This document shows positions 1 through 9,900 of a stretch of 30,000 bases of DNA, one piece after another; within the stretch, counting starts at the first letter, position 1, and the number at the start of each line of letters is the position of its first letter. The translations under genes and the position numbers were made by a program. Below the pieces are notes generated by a model. The model made no database searches. It saw only the letters and a program-made list of their open reading frames with translations, and was not told where the DNA came from. Source of the DNA: Sutterella sp. Its GTDB lineage: Bacteria > Pseudomonadota > Gammaproteobacteria > Burkholderiales > Burkholderiaceae_F. The DNA is taken from contig JAHHRF010000011.1 of assembly GCA_020025955.1 (NCBI GenBank), forward strand, positions 13,093 through 43,092. Reading direction: 5' to 3'.

Positions 1-186
1 GTCCCGGTGGCGGTTGTCGCCATTGATGGGGCAGCCAATGCCGCGCTACTCGCCATTCAAATGCTCGCCCTCGCCGACGAGGCCTTAGCCGAGAAGCTCG
101 CACAACACAAGCGTGCGATGGCTCGCAAAGTTCACGAAAAAAACGAAAAGCTTCAACAAGCCTTAACCGAGTTCTTCCCCGCCTAA
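1..186 (+). CDS. purE: N5-carboxyaminoimidazole ribonucleotide mutase PurE, 3' end only (5' end lies outside the window)
   Basis: The frame-1 translation [40 protein letters not shown]... matches the conserved PurE C-terminal segment ([14 protein letters not shown]). The stop TAA is at 184-186. The gene lies directly upstream of purC. Confidence 0.8.
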   Translation, partial: VPVAVVAIDGAANAALLAIQMLALADEALAEKLAQHKRAMARKVHEKNEKLQQALTEFFPA

Positions 187-208
187 TGGGGGTGTACTCG
201 GTTTTTTT
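165..208 (+). terminator. Terminator-like hairpin plus T-run that overlaps the purE stop codon
   Basis: AACCGAGT (165-172) pairs with ACTCGGTT (196-203). An inner CCCC/GGGG pairing brackets the TAA stop. A run of T follows at 202-208. Confidence 0.5.
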
Positions 209-288
209 GTCGCCAGTGTTTTAGCGCGACCGCCAGTTCTTCTTCTTTCTCTTCTCTTTTTTCGCCACATCAGGGCAAGGGAGTCACC

Positions 289-1011
289 ATGGACGCACAA
301 GTTTTAGAACAACTCTACGAAGGTAAGGCCAAGAAAGTCTTTAAGACGACGGATCCGGACCTCTACTACCTCGAATACAAGGACGATGCCACGGCCTTCA
401 ACGGGGAAAAGAAAGGTCAGATTCATGACAAAGGCGTGATGAATAACGAAATCACGTCGCTCATTTTCGAGTACCTCGCCAAAAACGGCGTACCGAACCA
501 TTTCGTCGAACGCGTGGACGATCGTCACCAAGTGGTGAAAAAGGTCACCATCGTGCCCTTGGAAGTCATCATCCGTAACCGTACCGCAGGCTCCATGGCC
601 AAGCGCTTAGGGCTGGAAGAAGGTCTCTTGTTAGAGCCGCCCGTCTTGGACTTCTGCTACAAGAAGGACGAATTGGGGGATCCCTTAATCAACAACGACC
701 ACATCATTGCGCTCAAGTTGGCGACCCCTGACGAAGTCAAAGAAATCTCCGCCATGGCTTACCGCATCAATGCGCTCCTTCAGAAGCTCTTCTTAGAGTG
801 CGGGCTCATTTTGGTGGACTTCAAAGTGGAAATCGGACGACTGCCGAGCGGCGCCCTGATTTTGGCTGACGAAATTAGTCCCGATACCTGCCGACTCTGG
901 GATGCCAAGACCTTAGAGAAGATGGACAAAGACCGCTTCCGCCGTGACTTAGGTCGAGTGGAAGAGGCCTACATCGAAGTCTTGAAACGCCTCCGTTCGG
1001 AATTGGCGTAA
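289..1011 (+). CDS. purC: Phosphoribosylaminoimidazole-succinocarboxamide (SAICAR) synthase
   Basis: A 240-aa ORF of the right length. It begins [10 protein letters not shown] and carries the [14 protein letters not shown] motif typical of PurC. The RBS-like GGGAG lies upstream of the ATG. Confidence 0.95.
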   Translation: MDAQVLEQLYEGKAKKVFKTTDPDLYYLEYKDDATAFNGEKKGQIHDKGVMNNEITSLIFEYLAKNGVPNHFVERVDDRHQVVKKVTIVPLEVIIRNRTAGSMAKRLGLEEGLLLEPPVLDFCYKKDELGDPLINNDHIIALKLATPDEVKEISAMAYRINALLQKLFLECGLILVDFKVEIGRLPSGALILADEISPDTCRLWDAKTLEKMDKDRFRRDLGRVEEAYIEVLKRLRSELA

Positions 1012-1036
1012 TTCGATCGCTCTGAGGAGAGACGCC

Positions 1037-2434
1037 TTGTTTATTGGTCAAGATGGGCGCTATCACGAAGAGTGTGGCGTATTCGGTATTTTCGCCCCGG
1101 GGGAAGACGTTGCCCGACTCACGTACTTGGGGCTCTTTGCATTGCAACACCGAGGCCAAGAGGGCTGTGGGATCGCCGTTTTAAAGGACGGCGCCCTGCA
1201 ACACCACAAAGCCTTGGGGCTGGTGAACGAAGTCTTCAGTGAAGACATCCTCACCAAGCTCGGTACGGGGCAAGCCGCCATTGGGCACGTGCGGTATTCC
1301 ACGACGGGGGGCAATAGCCAAGTCAACACCCAACCCGTGGTGGGGCATTACGGTCACGGGGCCTTAGCGCTCGCCCATAACGGGAACTTGGCCAATAACG
1401 AGGCGCTCCATAAGAAACTCTATAAGCACGGGGCGGTGTTTCAGTCCACGACCGACACCGAAGCCGTGGTGCATTTATTAGCGAGCTTTGGCGATGTGCC
1501 CTTAGCCGAAGCGATGGCGTTAGCCATGAAAGAACTCCGTGGGGCTTACGCCTTTGTGAGCCTCAACGGGCACGAACTGGTGGCTGCGCGCGACCCCCAA
1601 GGCAATCGCCCCTTGTGTCTGGGGCGCTTGGGTGAGAAAGGCTGGGTGGTGGCCTCTGAGAGTTGTGCGCTAGAAACCGTCGGTGCCACCTTTGTGCGTG
1701 ATGTGAACCCCGGCGAAATCCTCGTGATTGATCACCAAGGGGTGCGCGTGCACCAAGAGAACATGGGATGCCAGCGCTGTGCGCACTGCATTTTCGAGTA
1801 CGTCTACTTTGCGCGTCCCGACTCCACGTTGGACGGGGTCAACGTCAACACGGCTCGCCGCCAAATGGGCGAAATCCTTGCGCGCGAAATTGAAAAGTTA
1901 GACGTTGACATCGTGATTGGGGTTCCGGACTCCGGCACGACCGCCGCCATTGGGTTTGCCGAAGCCCAAGGGACGAAATTTACGCAAGGGATCATGAAAA
2001 ACCGTTACGCGGGGCGCACCTTCATTCAGCCCACCCAAGCGTTACGTGAATTGATGGTGAATTTAAAACTCAACCCCATTACCGAAACCCTGAAGGGCAA
2101 AAAAGTGGCCGTCGTTGACGACTCCATCGTGCGCGGGACCACGAGCCGACGCTTAGTCACCCGCCTTCGTGAGCATGGGGCCGCCGAAGTGCACTTCTTA
2201 CTGAGTTGCCCCCCGGTGACGCACCCCTGCTACTACGGGATTGATACGGGGGAGGCGGACACCTTGATTGCGGCCACCCATAACCTCGACGAGATTCGCC
2301 AGCACATTGGGGCGGACTCCCTTCATTACTTGTCGCTCCCCGGGCTCATTGAATCCGTGGGGGGCGAAAACAAATTCTGCACGGCGTGCTTGAGCGGGGA
2401 CTACCCCATGGGCACGCCCACTGAGTCGAACTAA
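1037..2434 (+). CDS. purF: Amidophosphoribosyltransferase, B. subtilis type (propeptide and 4Fe-4S ligand cysteines)
   Basis: CGVFGIF (the Ntn catalytic Cys) follows a 12-residue leader. The PRPP loop is VAVVDDSIVRGTTS. Cysteine clusters occur at CAHCIFEYVYFARPDS, CPPVTHPCYYGID and FCTACLSGDYP. The apparent start is TTG at 1037, preceded by GAGGAGAG. No in-frame ATG lies upstream of the catalytic Cys. Confidence 0.93.
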   Translation: MFIGQDGRYHEECGVFGIFAPGEDVARLTYLGLFALQHRGQEGCGIAVLKDGALQHHKALGLVNEVFSEDILTKLGTGQAAIGHVRYSTTGGNSQVNTQPVVGHYGHGALALAHNGNLANNEALHKKLYKHGAVFQSTTDTEAVVHLLASFGDVPLAEAMALAMKELRGAYAFVSLNGHELVAARDPQGNRPLCLGRLGEKGWVVASESCALETVGATFVRDVNPGEILVIDHQGVRVHQENMGCQRCAHCIFEYVYFARPDSTLDGVNVNTARRQMGEILAREIEKLDVDIVIGVPDSGTTAAIGFAEAQGTKFTQGIMKNRYAGRTFIQPTQALRELMVNLKLNPITETLKGKKVAVVDDSIVRGTTSRRLVTRLREHGAAEVHFLLSCPPVTHPCYYGIDTGEADTLIAATHNLDEIRQHIGADSLHYLSLPGLIESVGGENKFCTACLSGDYPMGTPTESN

Positions 2435-2448
2435 AAGGAGACGAGACC

Positions 2449-3519
2449 ATGCGTGATGCGCCTTTAACGTACGCCGATGCGGGCGTCAACATTGATAACG
2501 GGAACCGCTCGGTGGACCTCATTCGCTCTCACGTGGAGCGCACCCGTCGCCCAGAGGTGTTGTCGGGGCTCGGGGGCTTTGGGGGGCTCTTCGCCTTGAA
2601 GTTAGCGGACTATCAAGAACCCGTGCTCGTCTCGGGCACCGATGGTGTGGGCACCAAACTGCGCCTCGCCATTGAAAGTGGGGTGCTCGATACGATCGGG
2701 ATTGATGCCGTGGCGATGTGCGTCAACGACATCCTGGTCTCGGGCGCCGAACCCTTGTTTTTCTTGGACTACTTAGCCTTAGGCGAGTTGGTTCCTGAAC
2801 AAGTCGAACAAATTGTCAAAGGGGTGGCAGACGGGTGTGAGCAAGCCCACTGCGCCTTAATCGGCGGGGAAACGGCCGAGATGCCAGGGTTCTATCCCCC
2901 AGGCGACTTTGATATCGCGGGCTTTAGCGTGGGGATCGTGGATAAAGCCAACCTGATTGACGGCTCCACCATTAAACCCGACGACCTCTTAGTGGGATTG
3001 AGTTCCACCGGGCTTCACTCCAACGGCTACTCCTTGGCTCGCAAGGTCTTTTTTGAGAAAGCCGGCTTAGGGCTTGATGACACCCTGCCAGAACTCAATG
3101 GTCGCCCCTTAAAAGACGTTCTCTTAGCCCCCACGCGCATCTATGTGCCGATGGTCTTGCCCTTAATTAAGAAGTTGGGGGCTCGCCTCAAAGGCATGGT
3201 GCACATCACGGGCGGGGGCTTCCAAGACAACATCCCGCGTGTGTTGCCCGATGGGGTCGAAGCGGTGATTGACCGTCGTAACTGGACGCCACCTGCCATC
3301 TTCTCCGCTCTCCAACGCCTAGGGAACATCGATCGCGACGAGATGTATCGCACCTTCAACATGGGGGTGGGGTTCGTGTTGGTGGTCTCCCCTGCGGCGC
3401 TTCCCACCATTGAGCGCGTGATGAAGGACTTTGACGTCACGGTGACCACCATCGGGACCATTAAGGCTAAAGACGGGAAACCCGCCGTTCGCTTTGAGGA
3501 ACTCGCATGCAGTTATTAA
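2449..3519 (+). CDS. purM: Phosphoribosylformylglycinamidine cyclo-ligase (AIR synthetase)
   Basis: YADAGVNID and SGTDGVGTKL motifs, 356 aa, with an AAGGAG RBS upstream. Confidence 0.95.
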   Translation: MRDAPLTYADAGVNIDNGNRSVDLIRSHVERTRRPEVLSGLGGFGGLFALKLADYQEPVLVSGTDGVGTKLRLAIESGVLDTIGIDAVAMCVNDILVSGAEPLFFLDYLALGELVPEQVEQIVKGVADGCEQAHCALIGGETAEMPGFYPPGDFDIAGFSVGIVDKANLIDGSTIKPDDLLVGLSSTGLHSNGYSLARKVFFEKAGLGLDDTLPELNGRPLKDVLLAPTRIYVPMVLPLIKKLGARLKGMVHITGGGFQDNIPRVLPDGVEAVIDRRNWTPPAIFSALQRLGNIDRDEMYRTFNMGVGFVLVVSPAALPTIERVMKDFDVTVTTIGTIKAKDGKPAVRFEELACSY

Positions 3520-4121
3520 AGATTGCGATTCTCGCCTCTGGACGAGGCAGTAACGCCAAAGCGATTTTGGAGAGCATTAAGACGGGCGCCCTTCACGCGG
3601 AAGGCGTGGTGCTCCTGTCCGACAACCCCGAGGCTGAGGCGCTCCTCATGGCCCAAGACTATGGCGTCCCCGCGATTCTCGTAAACCGCAAGGCCCACCC
3701 CAGTCGCGAAGCCTATGAAGCGGCGCTTCTCACAGAGCTTAACCACTTTGACTACAACGTCGTTTGTCTCGCCGGCTACATGCGAGTGTTGGGCGAAGGC
3801 TTTTTGCTGGGGGTTAAAGCGCCGGTGCTCAACATTCATCCGTCGTTGTTGCCGAGCTTCCCCGGGCTTCATGCTCAACGGCAAGCCCTGGACTATGGCG
3901 TCAAGGTGGCGGGCTGCACCGTGCATTTGGTCGATGCGGGCTTAGATAGCGGTCCCATCCTCTTGCAGCGCGCCGTTCCCGTTTTGGATGACGACACGGA
4001 GGCGACGCTCTCCGCGCGCATTCTCAAAGAAGAACATCAACTTTATACCGAAGCCCTGCAACGCTTCCAAGCAGGCATCACCATTCAGGGACGCACCGTC
4101 AAGGCGTCCGCAAAGGAGTAA
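3507..4121 (+). CDS. purN: Phosphoribosylglycinamide formyltransferase
   Basis: ILASGRGSN N-terminus and the NIHPSLLPSFPG formyltransferase motif, 204 aa. It overlaps the purM stop by 13 nt, which suggests translational coupling. Confidence 0.93.
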   Translation: MQLLKIAILASGRGSNAKAILESIKTGALHAEGVVLLSDNPEAEALLMAQDYGVPAILVNRKAHPSREAYEAALLTELNHFDYNVVCLAGYMRVLGEGFLLGVKAPVLNIHPSLLPSFPGLHAQRQALDYGVKVAGCTVHLVDAGLDSGPILLQRAVPVLDDDTEATLSARILKEEHQLYTEALQRFQAGITIQGRTVKASAKE

Positions 4122-4124
4122 GGC

Positions 4125-5648
4125 ATGAACGTAGCACTCATCAGCGTATCGGATAAAACGGGCGTCGTCCCCTTTGCCCAAGGGCTTGTCGAACTGGGGT
4201 GGGGGTTACTCTCCACGGGCGGAACGGCCAAAGCCCTCAAAGCGGCGGGGCTTCCTGTGCGCGATGTCTCGGACGTGACCCAGTTCCCTGAGATTCTCGA
4301 CGGACGCGTAAAGACCTTGCACCCCTCGGTGCACGCTGGGCTCCTCGCCATGGATACGCCTGAACACCGTCAAACCCTCAAGGACCTGTCGATCGACCCC
4401 ATCGACTTGGTGGTCGTCAACCTCTATCCCTTTGATAAGACGGTCGCGAACCCCGAGGTGACCTTGGCAGAGGCCATTGAAAACATCGACATTGGTGGCC
4501 CCACCATGATTCGTGCGGCCGCGAAAAACCACGGTCGCGTCGGTGTGGTGGTCTCGCCCGATCAGTACGACGCGGTGCTCGCAGAACTCAAAGACGCGGG
4601 GGGCTTATCGCTTACTACCCGTCAGCGTTTGGCCCTTCGCGCCTTTGAGCATACGGCCCGTTACGACGCCGCGGTGAGTCACTTCTTGGCCCCGCGCTTT
4701 GGGGACGGGGACTTCCCGCCCGAGGCCAGTGTCGGGGGACAGCGTTTGATGACGTTGCGTTACGGTGAAAATCCCCATCAAAAGGCGGCCTTCTATCGTA
4801 CGGATGCGAGCCCTGGGACCTTAGCAGGCGCCCATCAGCACCAAGGGAAAGCCTTGTCCTACAACAATATTGTGGACGCGGATGCCGCTTGGGTGTTGGT
4901 TAACGAAATTCAAAATGTGCCCGCGGTGGCCATCATCAAGCACACCAACCCCTGTGGCATGGCCTTAGGGGACACGATTCATGAGGCGTATCTTCGTGCT
5001 CTGGAAGCCGACCCCGTCTCCGCCTTTGGCGGGATTGTGGCGGCCAACCAAACGGTCACCGCCGAGATGGCCCAGGAAATGGTGAAGATTTTCTTAGAAG
5101 CCGTCATCGCCCCCGCGTTTGAGGAAGACGCCTTAGCGATCCTTGCGCAAAAGAAAAACCTGCGCGTGTTAGCGACCGGGGGTCCGGTGACCCTCTCGGG
5201 CCCCTGGTTAGAAACGGTGAGTGGCGGGTTCTTGCTCCAGAGTCGCGATATCGACGCCGAATTGACGCTTGAAACGGTTACGAAGGCTAAAGTGCCCGAG
5301 GCCTTAATGAACGACCTTCGCTTTGCTTGGAAGGTGGTCAAACACGTTAAATCCAACGCCATCGTGGTTGCCAAAGACGGACAAACCTTGGGCGTCGGCG
5401 CGGGTCAAATGAACCGCGTGGGGTCGTGCGAACTGGCCTTTGCTCAAGGGGGCGCGGCCTGCCGCGGGGCGGTGTTGGCCTCGGATGCGTTCTTCCCCTT
5501 TGCCGACAGCATTGAACGCGCTCACGAAGCCGGGATTGTCGCGATTGTGCAGCCCGGTGGCTCCATTCGTGATGAAGAGGTGATTGCCGCGTGCGATCAG
5601 TACGGCATCGCCATGGTCTTTACCGGTACGCGTCACTTCAAGCACTAA
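4125..5648 (+). CDS. purH: Bifunctional AICAR transformylase / IMP cyclohydrolase
   Basis: ALISVSDKTG (MGS-like domain), KTLHP, IIKHTNPCG and the C-terminal FTGTRHFKH, 507 aa. Confidence 0.95.
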   Translation: MNVALISVSDKTGVVPFAQGLVELGWGLLSTGGTAKALKAAGLPVRDVSDVTQFPEILDGRVKTLHPSVHAGLLAMDTPEHRQTLKDLSIDPIDLVVVNLYPFDKTVANPEVTLAEAIENIDIGGPTMIRAAAKNHGRVGVVVSPDQYDAVLAELKDAGGLSLTTRQRLALRAFEHTARYDAAVSHFLAPRFGDGDFPPEASVGGQRLMTLRYGENPHQKAAFYRTDASPGTLAGAHQHQGKALSYNNIVDADAAWVLVNEIQNVPAVAIIKHTNPCGMALGDTIHEAYLRALEADPVSAFGGIVAANQTVTAEMAQEMVKIFLEAVIAPAFEEDALAILAQKKNLRVLATGGPVTLSGPWLETVSGGFLLQSRDIDAELTLETVTKAKVPEALMNDLRFAWKVVKHVKSNAIVVAKDGQTLGVGAGQMNRVGSCELAFAQGGAACRGAVLASDAFFPFADSIERAHEAGIVAIVQPGGSIRDEEVIAACDQYGIAMVFTGTRHFKH

Positions 5649-5658
5649 GGAGACGAAC

Positions 5659-6945
5659 ATGAAGGTGTTGGTGATTGGTTCGGGGGGTCGTGAGCATGCC
5701 CTCGTTTGGAAACTCTTGCAAAGCCCGAAGGTGGATACGCTCTTCGTGGCGCCGGGTAACGACGGGATGGACGAGCGAGCCGTGCGGGTGCCCTTAAACG
5801 TCACCCAAGTCGAGGAGCTCACCGCGTGGGCCCAAGCGCACGCCATTGATCTGACGGTAGTCGGTCCCGAAGCCCCCTTGGCTTTAGGACTCGTGGACAA
5901 ATTCCAAGCCGTCGGGCTCAAGGTCTTTGGTCCCACGAAGGCAGCTGCGGAATTGGAAGGCAGTAAAACCTTTGCGAAAACCTTGATGCATAAGCACGGG
6001 ATTCCGACGGCCGCCTACGGCACCTTTACGGAACCCGCGCTCGCCAAAGCCTATGTGCATGAGTTGGGCGTGCCCTGCGTGGTGAAAGCCGACGGCTTAG
6101 CCGCGGGGAAGGGCGTTGTGATTTGCCACACCTTGTCTGATGCCCTCACCGCCATTGACGAAATGCTGCTGGGAAGCGCCTTTGGAGAAGCGGGTCACCG
6201 CGTGGTGATTGAAGAATTTTTAGAAGGCGAAGAGGTGAGTATCCTCGCGTTTTGCGACGGGAAAACGGTGCTCCCCATGGTCTCCGCGCAAGACCATAAA
6301 CGCATTTTTGATAACGACCAAGGGCCCAACACGGGCGGGATGGGGGCGTATTCGCCCGCGCCCGCGTACACGGTAGACGCCTCACTTGCTCCCTTTGTGG
6401 AAAGCGAAATCCTGCAGAAAACCGTCAAAGCTATGGCCTATGAAGGGCGTCCCTTCACGGGCGTTCTCTACGCGGGGCTCATGCTCACGGCGTCCGGCCC
6501 CAAGGTGCTCGAATATAACGCCCGCTTTGGGGATCCGGAGACCCAGCCCGTCTTAATGCGCATGGACTCGGACTTGGTGGACGTAATTGAAATGGTCGTC
6601 GAGGGGAGTCTGGACAAGGCCACCGTTCGCTGGAAGGACGAAGCGGCCGTTTGCGTCGTGATGGCTTCCAAAGGCTACCCCGAGTCGAGCTCGTCGGGCG
6701 ACGTGATTGTCGGGATTGACAAGGCAGAGCAGACGGGCGCCGTGGTCTTTCATTCAGGAACCCGGAAGCGCGATGACGGCGCTTGGGTGACGGCAGGCGG
6801 TCGCGTCTTAGGCGTCACGGCCTTAGGGACCTCGATTGAAGGGGCGATCGCCAACGCCTACCGTGCGGTCGATGAAATTACGTTCCCGGGCGCCCAAGTC
6901 CGACGCGATATTGGACAAAAGGCTTTGAAGTACGAAAACCGATAA
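5659..6945 (+). CDS. purD: Phosphoribosylamine-glycine ligase
   Basis: MKVLVIGSGGREHALVWKL is the canonical PurD N-terminus. ATG 5659 is preceded by AAGGAG. The ORF-track start at 5584 overlaps purH and is rejected. ATP-grasp motifs are present (EEFLEGEE, EYNARFGDPE). Confidence 0.93.
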   Translation: MKVLVIGSGGREHALVWKLLQSPKVDTLFVAPGNDGMDERAVRVPLNVTQVEELTAWAQAHAIDLTVVGPEAPLALGLVDKFQAVGLKVFGPTKAAAELEGSKTFAKTLMHKHGIPTAAYGTFTEPALAKAYVHELGVPCVVKADGLAAGKGVVICHTLSDALTAIDEMLLGSAFGEAGHRVVIEEFLEGEEVSILAFCDGKTVLPMVSAQDHKRIFDNDQGPNTGGMGAYSPAPAYTVDASLAPFVESEILQKTVKAMAYEGRPFTGVLYAGLMLTASGPKVLEYNARFGDPETQPVLMRMDSDLVDVIEMVVEGSLDKATVRWKDEAAVCVVMASKGYPESSSSGDVIVGIDKAEQTGAVVFHSGTRKRDDGAWVTAGGRVLGVTALGTSIEGAIANAYRAVDEITFPGAQVRRDIGQKALKYENR

Positions 6946-6985
6946 CGACCCTAACGAAAAAGAACCGATGAGAGGAGAGGCTACG

Positions 6986-9900
6986 ATGAGCATGCTGGTG
7001 AAACGCTATTTTGTAGAACGCCGTCCGGGCTTTGATGAAGAAGCTAAGGGGCTACTGAAGACCTTGCAAGAAACCTTAGGGTTAAAGGGCGTGACGGGTG
7101 TGCGGTTACTCAATCGCTATGACATTCGTGCGGAGGCCCCCCTCTTTGAAAAAGCGGGCCTAGCCACGCTCTTAGCGGAACCCCCGTCGGATGTGCTTCT
7201 CACCGAGTGGGCGCCTGATGCGGGTTGGATGGCGCTCGCCTTTGAAAGCTTGCCTGGACAGTACGACCAGCGAGCCGACTCCTGTGCGCAGTGTTTGGCA
7301 CTCCTTGATGCGGGGGACGCTCAAGTGCGCTGCGCTCGGGTGGTAGCCCTCGAGGGGGCGCTCTCGGATGACGAACGAGAGCGCCTGGAAAACTACCTCG
7401 TGAACCCCGTGGACGCGCGTTTGGTGGAGCCCCTGGGGGACGCTGACTTCTTGGATGTCTCACCCGAAGTGGATGCCGTCTCGGTGGTGGATTTAATTCA
7501 TGCGAATCCGTCAGACCTTAAAACGCTCGCCCAATCGCTGGGGCTTGCCATGGGATTAGACGACTTACTGGTGCTTCAGGCCTACTTTAAGGGAGAAGGG
7601 CGTAACCCCACGGAAACGGAAGTGCGAGTGCTCGATACGTACTGGTCGGATCACTGTCGCCACACCACCTTTAATACGACGATTGCGAGCCTCGCGTTTG
7701 AAGACGAGCGTGTTAAAGCCGCGCACAGCGTCTACCGTGACCTACGTCGTGAGCGCTATGGGGAAGGGTGCACGCGCCCCGAAACCCTGATGGACATCGC
7801 AACCTTAGGGGCCAAAGTCTTGAAAGCCCGTGGGGTCGTGAAAAACGTCGACGAAAGTGAAGAAATTAACGCCTGCTCCGTGAAGGTCAAAATCGAAACG
7901 GATAAGGGCCCTGAGGATTGGCTCTATCTCTTCAAAAACGAAACCCATAACCACCCCACGGAAATTGAACCCTTTGGGGGTGCCGCGACCTGCTTAGGGG
8001 GCGCGATTCGCGATCCCTTGTCGGGGCGTGCCTACGTCTATCAAGGCCTGCGTTTAACGGGGGCGGCTGACCCCACGGTGCCGCTCTCGGCAACGCGCCG
8101 CGGTAAACGCGCTCAGCGACAACTCTGCCAATTGGCCGCCAAAGGTTTCTCCGCCTACGGCAACCAAATTGGGTTGGCAACAGGCTTAGTGGACGAACTC
8201 TACCACCCAGGGTACGAAGCCAAACGCATGGAAGTGGGCGCCGTCATTGGGGCGGTACCCTTGAAAAACGTACGCCGTGAAGTGCCTCGTCCGGGCGACT
8301 GGGTGATCCTCATTGGGGGTCGCACGGGGCGCGATGGCTGTGGGGGCGCAACCGGGTCCTCGAAAACCCATACCGAAACCTCCATTGAAACGGCTGGCGC
8401 CGAAGTCCAGAAAGGGAACGCCGTTGAAGAGCGCAAGATCCAGCGCCTTTTCCGCCGTCCCGAGGTCGCGCGCGCGATTCGTCGCTGTAATGACTTTGGT
8501 GCAGGGGGTGTGTCGGTTTCCATCGGGGAATTGGCCGATGGGATTCGCATCAACTTGGACGCCGTGCCCAAGAAGTACGTGGGCTTAAACGGGACGGAAT
8601 TGGCGGTGTCGGAATCGCAAGAGCGCATGAGTTGCGTGATTGACCCCCAGGACTGGCCCTTGATTGAAGCGGCGGCGCGCGACGAAAACGTCGAAGCCAC
8701 GAAGGTTGCGGTCATCACGGAAGAAAAACGCTTGGTGATGACCTGGCGTGGGGACACGATTGTCGACTTAGACCGCGCGTTCTTGGATTCGGCGGGCGCT
8801 AAGAAAACCACCACAGTGGTGGTCCCTGCCCCCAAGGCGGTTCCAGCTAAGCCTGTTCCTGAAACGCTCAAAGCCCTCATGGAAGGGGTGGTGGGCGACT
8901 TGAATGTCTGCGCCAAGACGGGGCTCATTGAAAACTTTGACGCGTCGATTGGGTCGGGTACGGTCTTGCATCCCTTAGGGGGTGAGCGCCAAGAGACGCC
9001 CGCTCAGGTGATGGCGTCGTTATTCCCCGTTTTAGAGGGCACCACCACGACGGCGAGTCTCTTCACGTATGGCTTTAACCCCTATGTGTCGGACGCCGAC
9101 CCTTACCGTGGGGCGTATGAAGCCGTGTTGGAGAGCCTCACCAAACTCATGGCGGCGGGCTTTACGGAAGATGAATGGTATTTGTCCTTGCAGGAATACT
9201 TCCCGAGCCTCAAAAACGATCCCCGTCGATGGGGTCGTCCCGTGGCGGCGCTCTTAGGGGCGTTGCGCGCTCAGATGGACTTTGAGGCGCCCGCGATTGG
9301 CGGGAAAGACTCCATGAGCGGGAGCTTTGAAAATTTAGATGTACCCGCGAGCCTCATTAGTTTTGCCACCGGGGTGATGGGGGCTGATCGCGTACGGTCG
9401 TCGGAATTAAAGGGCCCGAAGCATACGCTCTATCGCGTAACGATCCCGCGAATCGATGACCTGCACGTAGACGTGGCGGGCTTTAAGGCGGTACGTCAAG
9501 CGCTCTCCAACGCCGTGAAGGCGGGGCATGTGTTGAGTAGTTGGGCGCTTTCTCGCGGTGGGCTCGCCGAAGGGCTCTTCAAGATGGGGATCGGGAACGA
9601 CATTGGGGTGGCGCTTGCGCCCACGGTGACGCTCGCAGACTTGGTGGCGCCCGCCATCGGGACGATTTTGGTGGAATCCGATGCGCCCCTCTCCGCCCCC
9701 TTTGAGGCGATTGGGGAGACGACGATTGCGCCGGAACTTCGTTTGGGGGATGAGGTCGTGACCTGGTCGAGTTTGCGCCCCGTGTACGAAGCACCGTTAC
9801 GCGACGTGTATCCCACGCGTCCCGCGGTAGAAAGCGGTGAGCAAACGCTGGAGGCGATTGTCGCGCCGAAGCGCCCGCCGTTGGCAGCTCCCCACATCCT

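Noticed and set aside
187-288. Possible purine riboswitch or PurR box in the purE-purC gap.
   Set aside because: I could not find the conserved guanine/adenine riboswitch core (three-way junction with the UAUAAU...CCGUAAAU-type loops) or a PurR-type palindrome. Only the hairpin and pyrimidine tract reported above are present.
5584-5658. N-terminal extensions suggested by the ORF track for purD (5584), purL (6968), the nitroreductase (17212), caiT (17458), caiA (19049), caiC (21560) and the regulator (TTG 16377).
   Set aside because: In every case except the regulator, an internal ATG preceded by a Shine-Dalgarno-like sequence gives an N-terminus that aligns with the canonical family N-terminus. 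The extensions overlap upstream genes or run through intergenic hairpins. For the regulator I chose ATG 16347 because it is the first ATG, with only a weak AGG upstream and no family alignment. For purL and the regulator the alternative starts remain possible.
8200-8928. A 242-aa ORF on the minus strand inside purL, plus other antisense ORFs: 5304-5936, 9496-10049, 12467-13093, 13463-14008, 20234-20674, 22088-22534 and 23397-23900.
   Set aside because: All lie entirely antisense to, or out of frame within, genes that have strong family motifs. Their translations are low-complexity and Arg/Pro/Ser/Thr-rich with no recognisable motifs. This is typical of spurious open frames in GC-rich coding sequence.
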